A stretch of 64,000 bases of DNA, from positions 6,208,001 to 6,272,000 of the forward strand of contig OY761158.1 in assembly GCA_963664405.1 (NCBI GenBank), given 5' to 3'. The notes below the pieces were generated by a model. It was not told the origin of the DNA. It worked only from the letters and a program-made list of their open reading frames with translations, and did not search any database. The position numbers and the translations under genes are program-made. Positions 46,770-56,166 of the stretch are shown one piece after another; the stretch's first letter is position 1; each line of letters opens with the position of its first letter. This DNA is from Thermoanaerobaculia bacterium. GTDB lineage: Bacteria; Acidobacteriota; Thermoanaerobaculia; Multivoradales; Multivoraceae.

Positions 46770-48081
46770 AGAAGCGGTAGGAGGCTCCGAACATCAGGAT
46801 CAGTGGGTCCATGCCTACCTCGAGCTCGAGCTCCTCGTTCTCGGGGACTGTGATGAGGCGGCCGAAGTCGGGGTCGACCTCTAGGGCCATGTAGCGTAGG
46901 CCGGCGTGGAACATCCAGCATCCTGCCGGGCAGGCCGGGACGTCGATGCCGATTTGTGCGCCGTAGACGAACTCGTTGTCCATCTGGCCCGTTAAGCGCT
47001 CGCCGAAGATGTTGAAGTCGGCTTCTCCCAAATCCGCCCAGCCGACCAAGGGACCGATGTAGAGATCGGCCTTGCTGTCGCTGTCGGTGAGGTGGAAGTT
47101 CGCACCGATGGTCAGCGCGAACCATCCGTAGTCGTCCTCGTCCATACCCCACTCTTCGTCGAGATCGAGCATGTACTCCATCTCGCTCTGGAGATAGGTG
47201 AGACTGGCCTCGATTCCGAGTCTGGGTCTGACTTGGTACTCGGCTCCGACACCGAGCCCGTAACCACCATCCACCTTCATGTGCTCGCGCTGCTGCTGGA
47301 AGGATCCAGACACACCCGAAAAGCCTGTTGAAGTACCGTCGAGGTCGACGGTTCGGCGTGCATCGCCGGAAGCGTTCAACGCGGCTCCGAATAGACGGAG
47401 CGTCCAACGGCTGTCAGCGACGGGCTCCGGTTCCGGCTCGGGTTCCGGGGCTGGTGGTGGCGGCGGCGGCGGTGGTGGCGGCGGCGGGGGTGGTGGAGCT
47501 GCCGCTTTCTCGCGCTCAGCTCGGCGTTGGCGCTCCTGCTCTTCTCGCTCCATTCGCTCGGCTTTCAGGCGTGCCGGTGAAGGCTCGAAAGCGATGAGAG
47601 ACAAGTTGCCGCAGGCCTTGGGTAGCGCGAAAGTGTAGAGAGTACCCTCGGAGTCGACTTTGAGCTCGAAGCTCTCGAACGGAGCTCTGCCGCCCCAGCA
47701 CTCGTCGATCTTGAGCGCGGGGACGCCCTTTTCGCGCAGTGCCATCCACATGAGGCGCTGGCCGATTGGGTAGGTGCGCTCAGTTACTCCCTCCCAGGAT
47801 GCGACCGCGGAAAAGAGGTCATCGGGGTCGCCCTCCCAATTGGCTTGACTGAGGATCGACTCCAAGTCGGCGCGCTGGTCCTGAAACAGGGCCTGCAGCT
47901 CGCGCTGATTGTCGACGGACTCGGGAGTGAAACGATTGGGCGTGCCGAGGCTGCGAATACGGCAGTCTTGCTCTTGCGCCTGAACTACGCCAGGAGCTAG
48001 GCCCGGCAATACAAGCAGAAGCGCGAGAAGGAGACTGCGCACACTGAGGCTCGACCACAGCGAACGGGACTCGGGTTTCAT
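46768..48081 (-). CDS. Outer-membrane protein: N-terminal domain + poly-Pro linker + OmpW-like beta-barrel
   Basis: Signal peptide, long poly-Pro tract and PEPEPE, C-terminal DPLILMFGASYRF. Confidence 0.75.
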   Translation of the reverse strand: MKPESRSLWSSLSVRSLLLALLLVLPGLAPGVVQAQEQDCRIRSLGTPNRFTPESVDNQRELQALFQDQRADLESILSQANWEGDPDDLFSAVASWEGVTERTYPIGQRLMWMALREKGVPALKIDECWGGRAPFESFELKVDSEGTLYTFALPKACGNLSLIAFEPSPARLKAERMEREEQERQRRAEREKAAAPPPPPPPPPPPPPPPAPEPEPEPEPVADSRWTLRLFGAALNASGDARRTVDLDGTSTGFSGVSGSFQQQREHMKVDGGYGLGVGAEYQVRPRLGIEASLTYLQSEMEYMLDLDEEWGMDEDDYGWFALTIGANFHLTDSDSKADLYIGPLVGWADLGEADFNIFGERLTGQMDNEFVYGAQIGIDVPACPAGCWMFHAGLRYMALEVDPDFGRLITVPENEELELEVGMDPLILMFGASYRF

Positions 48082-48688
48082 GTTGTTCTCCTGAGGAAAG
48101 GGGTCTTGACGTACGAGCTCGGCGATGTTCTCTACAGACCGTACCCAGGCATGGCGCCGCGCGCAGCTTGCCCGGCTCGTAAATATTAACCCCAGTTGCC
48201 CGCGTTTGTTATGTTTTTTTTTCGATTTGACTAGGAATTTGTGGTTCCCGGCCGCCCTGGTCGGAACGCTGTCTCGCCTGCGATCCGCCGGGATTCTCTA
48301 CCAGGCGGCGGCCATCGTTCGTTCTCTACCGGTGAGGGCGATGCCGGGCGGAGGAGGCTTGTCGGTGGGGACTCAGTGCTTGCCCCTCCTTCTCGGGCTA
48401 CCGAACGCAGGCTCGGCAGGGCTGTGGACGCGCCGTCCTTGGCGCCATGTTCTCTAGCCGAAGGAAATGAGTGCGATCGCCCGAGGGGCTAGCCGTGCAT
48501 TTCGCTGCATTGCACTTCTTGCCAACTGGCGCCCGAAGTCTTGATCTGTGCAGGGACGAAGGTCTTGTTCGGTCCCCAGTAGCCCTTCACCTCGACTTCT
48601 TTTCCGGCGAAGCCGGCACTGGTTTGCCGACCGGTCACGATCCGGAAGATCCTTCGCCCCTGAGCCTCTCCCCGCCCTGGCCCTGGGC

Positions 48689-49495
48689 TCACGCGGCAGG
48701 CGGGGGAGGGCAGCGATCGGGGCGGCGATTCGCCGACGCGGGAACGCTGCCGAATCGTCGCTCGCGGCTACTGAAGTCGTCGATAGCTAGGGTGAGATCC
48801 CGCGACTTGAAGTCCGGCCAGAGACAGTCAGTGAAGTAGAGCTCGGCGTAGGCGCTCTCCCAAAGAAGAAAGTCGGACAGACGCTTCTCACCACCGGTGC
48901 GGATGATGAGGTCGACCTCCGGAATCTCCAACGGAGAATGGCTGGCCTCGTGGATCGAGCGTTGAAAGGCTTCGGGGTCCAAAGGTTCGCCGCTAGGGCA
49001 CCTCGAGACCGCGGCCAGGATTGCGTCTCGACCCGAATAGTCCACCGCGAGACGCAGATGAAGGCGTCGTCCCATCGAAGTGCGCTGCTCCGCCACTTCG
49101 ATCGCGCGCAGCAGAGATGGGTGAAGTCGATCCCGTCTGCCGAAGACGCTAAGGCGAATGCCTTCCTGAACGCAACTCGAGCTCTCTTGGTCTAGATAGT
49201 CCTGGAGAAGCTCCATCAGTGCGTTCACTTCGCCTTGCGGCCTCGCCCAGTTGTCGCACGAAAATGCGTAGAGAGTGAGAGCCTCCATGCCCGCCTCAGC
49301 TGCGGCCCTGACGGTGCGCCGTACCGCGTGTGAACCGGCCCGATGGCCGAAGCTACGGGGGAGCCGGCGCGCTTGGGCCCAGCGCCCGTTTCCATCCATG
49401 ATCACCGCGATGTGGCGCAGAGTGCCGGCGGGTGAGATTTCGTCACCCGGTCTCCCCTGCGTGGCTGTCGCTTCAAGAGGTTCGACGGGTGGCAT
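48689..49495 (-). CDS. uppS: Undecaprenyl diphosphate synthase
   Basis: HIAVIMDGNGRWA, LYAFS.DNW.RP, IRTGGEKRLSDFLLWESAYAEL. Confidence 0.92.
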   Translation of the reverse strand: MPPVEPLEATATQGRPGDEISPAGTLRHIAVIMDGNGRWAQARRLPRSFGHRAGSHAVRRTVRAAAEAGMEALTLYAFSCDNWARPQGEVNALMELLQDYLDQESSSCVQEGIRLSVFGRRDRLHPSLLRAIEVAEQRTSMGRRLHLRLAVDYSGRDAILAAVSRCPSGEPLDPEAFQRSIHEASHSPLEIPEVDLIIRTGGEKRLSDFLLWESAYAELYFTDCLWPDFKSRDLTLAIDDFSSRERRFGSVPASANRRPDRCPPPPAA

Positions 49496-49865
49496 GAATG
49501 AGTGCCTCCATGTGGTTGAGATACCTCTCGAGCGCGTGGCGCCCGGCCTCGGAGAGTCTGTACTCGGTTCTCGGTACGCGCCCCTGGAAACTCTTGGTGC
49601 ACTCGATTAGAGCGGCGTTTTCGAGCTTGCGTGCGTGGACGGCCAGATTCCCGTCGGTAACTTGAAGCAACCCTTTCAGCTCCGAAAAAGTGAGGGTGGT
49701 ATTCACCGACAGTGCGCCGAGGATCGACAGTCGCACTCGCTGGGAGACCAGCCCTTCTGTGGGGTCGTTGTCCGCGGCCGGAAGGAAGCCCGGCAGCCCC
49801 TCGAGCCGTCGCGGCGAGGATGCTTCGGGCTTGACACCGCTGCGAGCTCCGCGGTGCTCAGCCAC
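49473..49865 (-). CDS. Winged-helix transcriptional regulator
   Basis: RVRLSILGAL...TDGNLAVHARKLE...PRTEYRLS..GR. Confidence 0.8.
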   Translation of the reverse strand: MAEHRGARSGVKPEASSPRRLEGLPGFLPAADNDPTEGLVSQRVRLSILGALSVNTTLTFSELKGLLQVTDGNLAVHARKLENAALIECTKSFQGRVPRTEYRLSEAGRHALERYLNHMEALIHATRRTS

Positions 49866-50472
49866 CGTATCTCCTGGCGATGATGGCGCCGAAGACGATA
49901 TGCAGGCCGCCGAATCCGGCTGCCAGTAGCGCGGCTGAGGCGGAGACCGGCAAGACAAAGGCGGCTGTGCCAAAGGCCATGAAAAGTGCCCCCATCATCG
50001 GCACGGCCGGCACCGAGAAGGCGCCTCCGGTGACCACTCCGGTGCCGTAGAGCAGGAGCCAGGTACCGGGTACCGCGTCGATCGCGCCGACCCGGATCAG
50101 GACGGGGGTGAGAACCGCTGCCGCAACCAGTGCGGGTGAGAGGTTGAGAAGGAAGCGCTGGCCGACCCCGCGAGACAGGCGCACACCGTCGCGGTGCGCC
50201 TTGCGCCAAGTGAACGAGCCGCCGATGAGGGCGGCGACGCCGGCGTCGACCAGCCATACCAGGAGCCAGTGCTCGCGCAAGGAGGGGAGAGAGGCCAGCC
50301 ATGCCGCGACCAGAGCGCTTGCGCCCATCGCGATGCCGCCATAGCCGGAGACCGAAGTGAAGGAGGCCGAGGACTCCATCGCTCGGCGGATGAATCGAAG
50401 ATTGTCGAGTGCGCGGTCGCGCATGACGACCGGCTGATCGTTTCTCTGCGCGGCCGACGGGATCGCGGGCAT
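49858..50472 (-). CDS. Hypothetical multi-pass membrane protein
   Basis: RALDNLRFIR..ME, several TM helices, GFGGLHIVFG. Confidence 0.75.
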   Translation of the reverse strand: MPAIPSAAQRNDQPVVMRDRALDNLRFIRRAMESSASFTSVSGYGGIAMGASALVAAWLASLPSLREHWLLVWLVDAGVAALIGGSFTWRKAHRDGVRLSRGVGQRFLLNLSPALVAAAVLTPVLIRVGAIDAVPGTWLLLYGTGVVTGGAFSVPAVPMMGALFMAFGTAAFVLPVSASAALLAAGFGGLHIVFGAIIARRYGG

Positions 50473-50548
50473 GCAGTGGAGTATAGGAAGCCCGCTGTTC
50501 GACGTCAAGTACTTTGTGTTTGAAAGTGACCCTGCTGAGGCCCGGCCC

Positions 50549-51946
50549 TCAATTGTCGAGTCTGACGATCAGCAGGGGCTCCCCAGGGGCCCTGGCATAG
50601 CTGACAAGGAAGTCTCCCCGCACCGTAAGTCTTCTGAGCTGTGGGTCGCTCTCGGAGATTTGCAGCAAGGTGCGTGGACTGGCTTCCAAAACGGCCCGCC
50701 TTTTTGGTTCTTGGAGCCCGGCATAGAGCTCGACTCGAGACCCGGAGAGCACCAGGAGATCCGCGACATCATCGCCGTTCCAGTCGGTTCCGTAGTGCCA
50801 TGGATGATTCTCACCCACTTCGGGGAGCACACTTCGGTATCTCTTGGTGTCGAAGCGCGCCCCTTCTAGCCCGCGGTAGAAGTCGACGATGAGCTTGTTG
50901 CCGCCGAGACCCTCGGGCTGAAGAAGGACCATGTCGACAAGGCCGTCGCCGTCGACGTCGGTGGTGTGGAGATCGAGCTCTTGCCACATACGCGAGGATG
51001 TGAGGATCTCGAAGAAAGGTGGCCGGCCCGAGCGGGTGCGGTCGGCGCCCAGCTCGAAGACTCTGAGCTTCTTTTTTTCGAGGATCCCTACCTTGTCGGC
51101 TCTCAGTGTCACGGTGATGAGAATCGGCTTCCCATCGAGCCACTCATAGCGCGCCTCTACGACTTTCTCGGGTGCAGGGAGTAGAGACCACATATCGACC
51201 GGGTTGAGGACTCCGGCTTCTGAGCCGGCCTCGCTCTCAGCTTCGTGCGGAGGTTTCCGACTGTCGATCAGGAGGGTTCGCAGCCGCAAGTCTCCATGGC
51301 TCTTTGGACCGGCCACGAAGAGCCCCTTGGTGCCGAGGGGGCGTACCGGCGGTGTCTCGAGGCGAAGGCCCGTAGGCCGACGCTCCACTTCTACGGGAAG
51401 TCGAAAGCGGGAGGAGGAATCGGGGTCGGAGAGAGCGATGATCTCGAGCTCACCGATCCCCAGCGCCAGGACTCGCGGTGAGGTCGGGTCCGGCAGGAGT
51501 ATCCGGATAGCCGCGTTGCTCTCTTCGTAGGTCGGGGGTCCGAGAGCTCGTAGGCCTCCTTTTGCGAGCTGGTTTGTCGCGAGCAACCACAGCCGTCGGT
51601 CGGCGACAAGCGCGAGATGGGGGCCATTGCCTTGGTCGAGCACCTCGAGAGTGGGTCGCAGCCGCGCGGCGAAGGGACCGAGAACCCGAGTGAGGGTGGA
51701 CGGGGATGCCGAATCCCACCGCTCCAGAGTCCACTCGGCGACGCCGTCATCCACGCTCTCGTCATTTGACTCCCGCTCGGCGAGTACGAACAGAGAGCAC
51801 GGGGGTGCATTGTCGCAAGCCGTTTGCACGGCCCTGACTCTGCCTTCGATCTCGACACTCCAGAGCTTCGCGGCCGGGCGCCCGGGGGACGCTACAGCGC
51901 CGAGCAGGATCAGGGCCAGGCCGATCTCTGGACGAGACGGTCTCAC
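50549..51946 (-). CDS. Exported protein with FG-GAP/VCBS-like repeats
   Basis: DVDGDGLVDMV, DWNGDDVADLLV. Confidence 0.7.
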   Translation of the reverse strand: MRPSRPEIGLALILLGAVASPGRPAAKLWSVEIEGRVRAVQTACDNAPPCSLFVLAERESNDESVDDGVAEWTLERWDSASPSTLTRVLGPFAARLRPTLEVLDQGNGPHLALVADRRLWLLATNQLAKGGLRALGPPTYEESNAAIRILLPDPTSPRVLALGIGELEIIALSDPDSSSRFRLPVEVERRPTGLRLETPPVRPLGTKGLFVAGPKSHGDLRLRTLLIDSRKPPHEAESEAGSEAGVLNPVDMWSLLPAPEKVVEARYEWLDGKPILITVTLRADKVGILEKKKLRVFELGADRTRSGRPPFFEILTSSRMWQELDLHTTDVDGDGLVDMVLLQPEGLGGNKLIVDFYRGLEGARFDTKRYRSVLPEVGENHPWHYGTDWNGDDVADLLVLSGSRVELYAGLQEPKRRAVLEASPRTLLQISESDPQLRRLTVRGDFLVSYARAPGEPLLIVRLDN

Positions 51947-53571
51947 TGGCGGGCTCGGCTCAGATACATGTCCAGTCGCACCGGGTTTGTGGTCCCGTCC
52001 TTGGTGCCGGACTGAGGCTGAACGATCATCAGGTCTGAGAGCTCATCGCCGTCGAAGTCGCGAACCTGGACCAGGGCGAGGTCTTTGGGCTCGTCGCGCA
52101 GTCGCACCTCGAGGTCTGGAGTTGGTGGGTAAAAGCAGGCCTCGCGACCCCGGTGGATGGTGACTTTCTTGCCACGCCCGATCTGCACGAAATCAGCGCG
52201 TCCATCGGCGTCGAAATCGCCGGCGAATTGGGAGAGTTGACCAATGCGGAGGTCGTCGAGGCGCAGCTTGAACTTTCCGGAGAGGTCCAGGCCTGCCACT
52301 CCGGTGAAGGATCCATCCGGCTGCTGACACCAGACATGAAAGTCGATTCCCACGCTGATGCTCTTGGTCGCGAGAATGCGGACTGCCTGGAATAGCGAGA
52401 AGTCGAGGGTCACGGTGACCAGGTCCAAACGGCCGTCGCCGTCGAGATCCTGCATGCCGAAGGGCATGGGGATCTCGTCGTCACCACCAAAGCCGTAGCC
52501 TGTCGAGTCGAAAGTCGTCCGGGCCTCCTCCTCCATCTCGAGATCTTGGGTTCCGTCGTGAAGGTGGTAGCGGAACTCGGGCTGCTTCGATTGTTTGATC
52601 TCTTTCCTCCAGCCCACGTCTTCTTCGTTCAGCTCCTCTTCCACGACGTACTGGCCTCGCCCGTCTCCACTCAGGTCGCCGAAGTGAACGAGCTCGAGGC
52701 GTCGTCCCTCCTCCTTGGCGACCAGGTCCTTCTTTTGGACCGGAGCTGCATAGTGGCCTCCGCCAAGACTGCGCGCAACGTGAAAGCGTTCCCAATCGTC
52801 TTCCCCGTTCCTAAACACTAGATCGGCCAGTCCGTCTCCGTCGACGTCGCCCACTGTTGGGTGTGGATAGAAGCGCGCGAGATCGAAAGGATCTTCCGGC
52901 GATGGGAGTAGCACCTGCGCCGTCCGCTCGGCACTGAAGCCGATCGGCGTTGCGAGGAAGATCTCGAAGCTCTGGGGAGCCGGGAAGAGCAGGTCTGGGG
53001 TCCCGTCCTCGTCGAGGTCGAAGAAGAGCTCGAGGTCGGGTAGAAGGGTGCCGGTGCCGCTCAACACCGAGCGGCGCTCGAAAGTGGGCTCGAAGAAGAG
53101 GCGGGGCCGACTCTCACGGGTATCGAGTCGAAGCTGTGACAGGCCGCTGTCGGTTAGAGCCGCGATTCCTCCCCTTGCGGGGCCCTCCAGTATGGAGAGG
53201 ATGGAGAGGTCGAGCTCTAGCGGCTCCCCGAGCTTTGTGAAGCCGCCGGTCGGGAGCCCACGAAAGGCGAGCAGTTCGCGGCGGTCGGCAAGGGCCGGCA
53301 CCACTGTCATCATCTCGACCAGGCCGGCGACCTGATCCATCTCGACCGACTCTTGGGTGACGATCTGACCCCAGGCAGTGTAAGCGACGACCACGACCAG
53401 GTCGCCGACGCCGTCGTCGTCGAGGTCGGCAGGGAGAACCGAGACCGGGGCCGCCGGTAGTTGGACCTCGAAGTGCCGAAGGGCCAGTCGCTCCGTGCGC
53501 GCCGAGACCGACGATAGAGAGAGGAGCACCGCGATGAGGGTCGGGGGAGCCGATTTTGCGATCAATCGCAT
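51943..53571 (-). CDS. FG-GAP/VCBS repeat protein
   Basis: Multiple DxDxDGxxDL motifs; signal peptide. Confidence 0.8.
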   Translation of the reverse strand: MRLIAKSAPPTLIAVLLSLSSVSARTERLALRHFEVQLPAAPVSVLPADLDDDGVGDLVVVVAYTAWGQIVTQESVEMDQVAGLVEMMTVVPALADRRELLAFRGLPTGGFTKLGEPLELDLSILSILEGPARGGIAALTDSGLSQLRLDTRESRPRLFFEPTFERRSVLSGTGTLLPDLELFFDLDEDGTPDLLFPAPQSFEIFLATPIGFSAERTAQVLLPSPEDPFDLARFYPHPTVGDVDGDGLADLVFRNGEDDWERFHVARSLGGGHYAAPVQKKDLVAKEEGRRLELVHFGDLSGDGRGQYVVEEELNEEDVGWRKEIKQSKQPEFRYHLHDGTQDLEMEEEARTTFDSTGYGFGGDDEIPMPFGMQDLDGDGRLDLVTVTLDFSLFQAVRILATKSISVGIDFHVWCQQPDGSFTGVAGLDLSGKFKLRLDDLRIGQLSQFAGDFDADGRADFVQIGRGKKVTIHRGREACFYPPTPDLEVRLRDEPKDLALVQVRDFDGDELSDLMIVQPQSGTKDGTTNPVRLDMYLSRARQ

Positions 53572-53654
53572 AGTCGAAGAGGGGGTCTCTTCTACAAGAC
53601 AGACGCCCGATATGGGGCATGATTACAGTATGACATCTTGACTGCTGACAGATT

Positions 53655-53670
53655 AGGCATCATGATGCCT
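53655..53670. promoter_or_regulatory. Perfect 16-bp palindrome, probable TA operator
   Basis: AGGCATCATGATGCCT immediately before the antitoxin start. Confidence 0.6.
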
Positions 53671-53672
53671 TG

Positions 53673-53951
53673 GTGAGGACGACTCTCACCCTCGACGAGG
53701 ATCTCGCTCTCCGGCTCAAGAAGCTCGCCCGCAGCACCGGCGCCAGCTTTAAGGAGGTCGTGAACCGGACGATTCGTCTCGGACTCAGTCTCGGCGAAGG
53801 ACCCACAGCGGATCAGGACCGATTCGTTGTCGTCGCGAAGGCCTGCGGCTTTCGCTCGGGAATCGACCCGACCAAGCTCAACCAGCTCTACGACGATCTC
53901 GAGACCGACGAGCTCACCTACGAGAGTCGATCCGGCAGTCACGAGCCGTGA
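53673..53951 (+). CDS. vapB: VapB-type RHH antitoxin
   Basis: RTTLTLDEDL...SFKEVVN. Confidence 0.8.
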   Translation: MRTTLTLDEDLALRLKKLARSTGASFKEVVNRTIRLGLSLGEGPTADQDRFVVVAKACGFRSGIDPTKLNQLYDDLETDELTYESRSGSHEP

Positions 53952-54379
53952 TCATCCCCGACATCAATCTCCTGGTTTTCGCCTATAACAGCGACGCCCC
54001 GTATCACTCGGCGGCTCGAGAGTGGTGGGAGACATGCCTGAGTGAAGGCAGAACGATCGGTCTTCCCTGGGTAGTTTGTCTCGGGTTCGTTCGCATCATG
54101 ACCAGTCGAGTGGTGTTGACCGACCCGATGACGCCACTCGAGGCGCTGGGGCACGTTGGCTCCTGGCTCGAGCGCCCCCAGGCCAGAGAGCTGGTCCCGG
54201 GGCCACGCCATCTGGAGATCCTCACCGAGGTCATGACAGCGTTGGGCGCGTCGGGCCGGTTGACCACGGATGCCCACCTTGCTTCCCTGGCGATCGAGAC
54301 GCAGGCGGAGCTGCACTCTAACGATGCGGACTTCTCGCGTTTTCCGGGGCTGCGCTGGAAGAATCCGCTGGCGTCGTAG
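53948..54379 (+). CDS. vapC: VapC PIN-domain toxin
   Basis: IIPDINLLVFA...TTDAHLASLAIE...SNDADFSRFPGL. Confidence 0.88.
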   Translation: MIIPDINLLVFAYNSDAPYHSAAREWWETCLSEGRTIGLPWVVCLGFVRIMTSRVVLTDPMTPLEALGHVGSWLERPQARELVPGPRHLEILTEVMTALGASGRLTTDAHLASLAIETQAELHSNDADFSRFPGLRWKNPLAS

Positions 54380-54637
54380 ACCAAGATACTCAGCGCGCTG
54401 CTGCAGGGACGATACGTGAGCTCTCGCTTCGAGGACGATCTCAACACTCTCGAGATCGACGACTTCGTGACCGTCGACCTCACTCTGTCGCGGCAGATTC
54501 ATCGCTCCTTCGGCGTCTTCGCCGGAGTTTCGAATCTCTTCGACGACCATCATATTGTTCGCAGAGCTACGAACGGGCTGACCTGGATCGGCGCACCCAG
54601 GCTCGTCCATTTCGGTGTGCGCTTCGACTATCGGTGA
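54380..54637 (+). pseudogene. C-terminal fragment of a TonB-dependent receptor
   Basis: RFEDDLNT..IDDFVTVDL...VSNLFD...GAPRLVHFGVRF; no N-terminal part in the window. Confidence 0.7.
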
Positions 54638-54667
54638 TCTCGACCGAGCGTCGGCCCGGCGGATGCG

Positions 54668-56122
54668 ATGACGAACGTGGACATATCCTATCGGCGCCTG
54701 GGCCGGATCGCAGGCCCGGTCCTGATCGCCAATCTGTCCTACACCGCGATGGGTGTGATCGACACCATGATGGTCGGTCGGCTCGGTGTGACGGCGTTGG
54801 CTGCGGTGGGCCTTGGCAATCTGATTGCGTTCGCGGCGCTCAGCTTTGTCTGGGGGATGCTCAGTGGCGTCAATACTCTGGTCGCCCAGGCAGTAGGCGC
54901 TCGCGACCGAGAGGCGGTGGCGCGAGTCTTCTTTCAGGGGATCTATTTGGCGGCGCTCTCCGCCGTCGTTGTTTCCCTCTTTTGGCCTTTGATCCAGGGG
55001 CTCCTGGCCTGGATCGGGCCCGGTGCCGGCGTAAAGCTGATTGCGACGGACTACATGCGGATCCGCATCCTTGGTTGCGCGGGGGTAATTCTGCTGTGGA
55101 CTGTCGACAACTTCTACCGCGGTTTGGGGCGCACCAGATTGATGATGTGGTGCGGTATGGCTCAGTTGCTGGTCAACTGTGGTCTCAACTATCTGCTGAT
55201 CTTCGGCAAGCTCGGTGCGCCGAAGATGGGTGCAGCGGGTGCCGCGCTGGGGACGGTCCTCGCTCAGTTTCTGGTGGCTCTCTTCATGCTCGCCACGGTC
55301 CTCTGGCTGGGTCCGATTCGGCGCGAGTTCGAGGTGTGGAAGAGCTGGTCATTCCGGCCCTCCCTCTTCGGTCGTCTGCTGCGCCTGAGCCTTCCGATCG
55401 GAGTGCAGTACGGGCTGGAGATGGGCGGCGTTACGGTCTTCACTGCGCTGGTTGCACGGCTCGGCGAAGTGGAGCTCGCAGCTACCAACGCAGTCATTCA
55501 GGCCTGGAACGTTGGTTACATGGGAGGGATCGCTCTCAGCGTGGGCGCCACGACGCTTGTCGGTCAGTGCATCGGCGCTGGAGAGCGAGGCGCGGCACGG
55601 ATCGTAGTCGGAAGAGTGATGAGGATCGGCTACCTTTTCACCGTTGCCATCGGCGCTCTCTACGTCTTAGCCCCCAACCAGATCATGGCGCTCTTTGTCA
55701 GCGGTGAGGAGCTCCCTCGCCTGCTGCCCTTCGCCAGACCGTTGTTCTCCGTCGTTGTGGTGTGCTTGATCTTCGACCTCAAGTTCAACATCCTTTCAGG
55801 AGCGTTGCGGGGGGCGGGCGACACGACCTATAGCATGCTGGTGAACGTGCTCAGCGCCTGGCTTCTCTTCGTGCCGGCGCTGCTGCTAGTGACGCCGAGG
55901 TACGGACTGATTGGCGCGTGGTCGTGCTTCATTCTTCATGTCTTTGTGATGGCGCTGGGAGTCGATATCAGAGTGAGGGGGAGTCGCTGGTTGCATCGGC
56001 CACGGCACCGACCGCTGGTGCCGGGCGACATAGATGTGACGGGCTCCTTCTCGAGCGTGGAGGCCGATGCCGAGCGCTCCGATCCGTCGTCGGAGCAGCT
56101 CTCGGCTCCCGTAGTAGACTAG
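54668..56122 (+). CDS. MATE family efflux transporter
   Basis: DTMMVGRLG..ALAAVG, PKMGAAGAALGT, GALRGAGDT. Confidence 0.9.
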   Translation: MTNVDISYRRLGRIAGPVLIANLSYTAMGVIDTMMVGRLGVTALAAVGLGNLIAFAALSFVWGMLSGVNTLVAQAVGARDREAVARVFFQGIYLAALSAVVVSLFWPLIQGLLAWIGPGAGVKLIATDYMRIRILGCAGVILLWTVDNFYRGLGRTRLMMWCGMAQLLVNCGLNYLLIFGKLGAPKMGAAGAALGTVLAQFLVALFMLATVLWLGPIRREFEVWKSWSFRPSLFGRLLRLSLPIGVQYGLEMGGVTVFTALVARLGEVELAATNAVIQAWNVGYMGGIALSVGATTLVGQCIGAGERGAARIVVGRVMRIGYLFTVAIGALYVLAPNQIMALFVSGEELPRLLPFARPLFSVVVVCLIFDLKFNILSGALRGAGDTTYSMLVNVLSAWLLFVPALLLVTPRYGLIGAWSCFILHVFVMALGVDIRVRGSRWLHRPRHRPLVPGDIDVTGSFSSVEADAERSDPSSEQLSAPVVD

Positions 56123-56166
56123 GGATCCCTCCGGGATTCCTTCTTCTCGAGCTTCTGTTCACGCCG

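Noticed and set aside
48082-48480. Riboswitch or ncRNA upstream of the OMP gene
   Set aside because: Some hairpins are present but no consensus I can recognise; needs an Rfam scan
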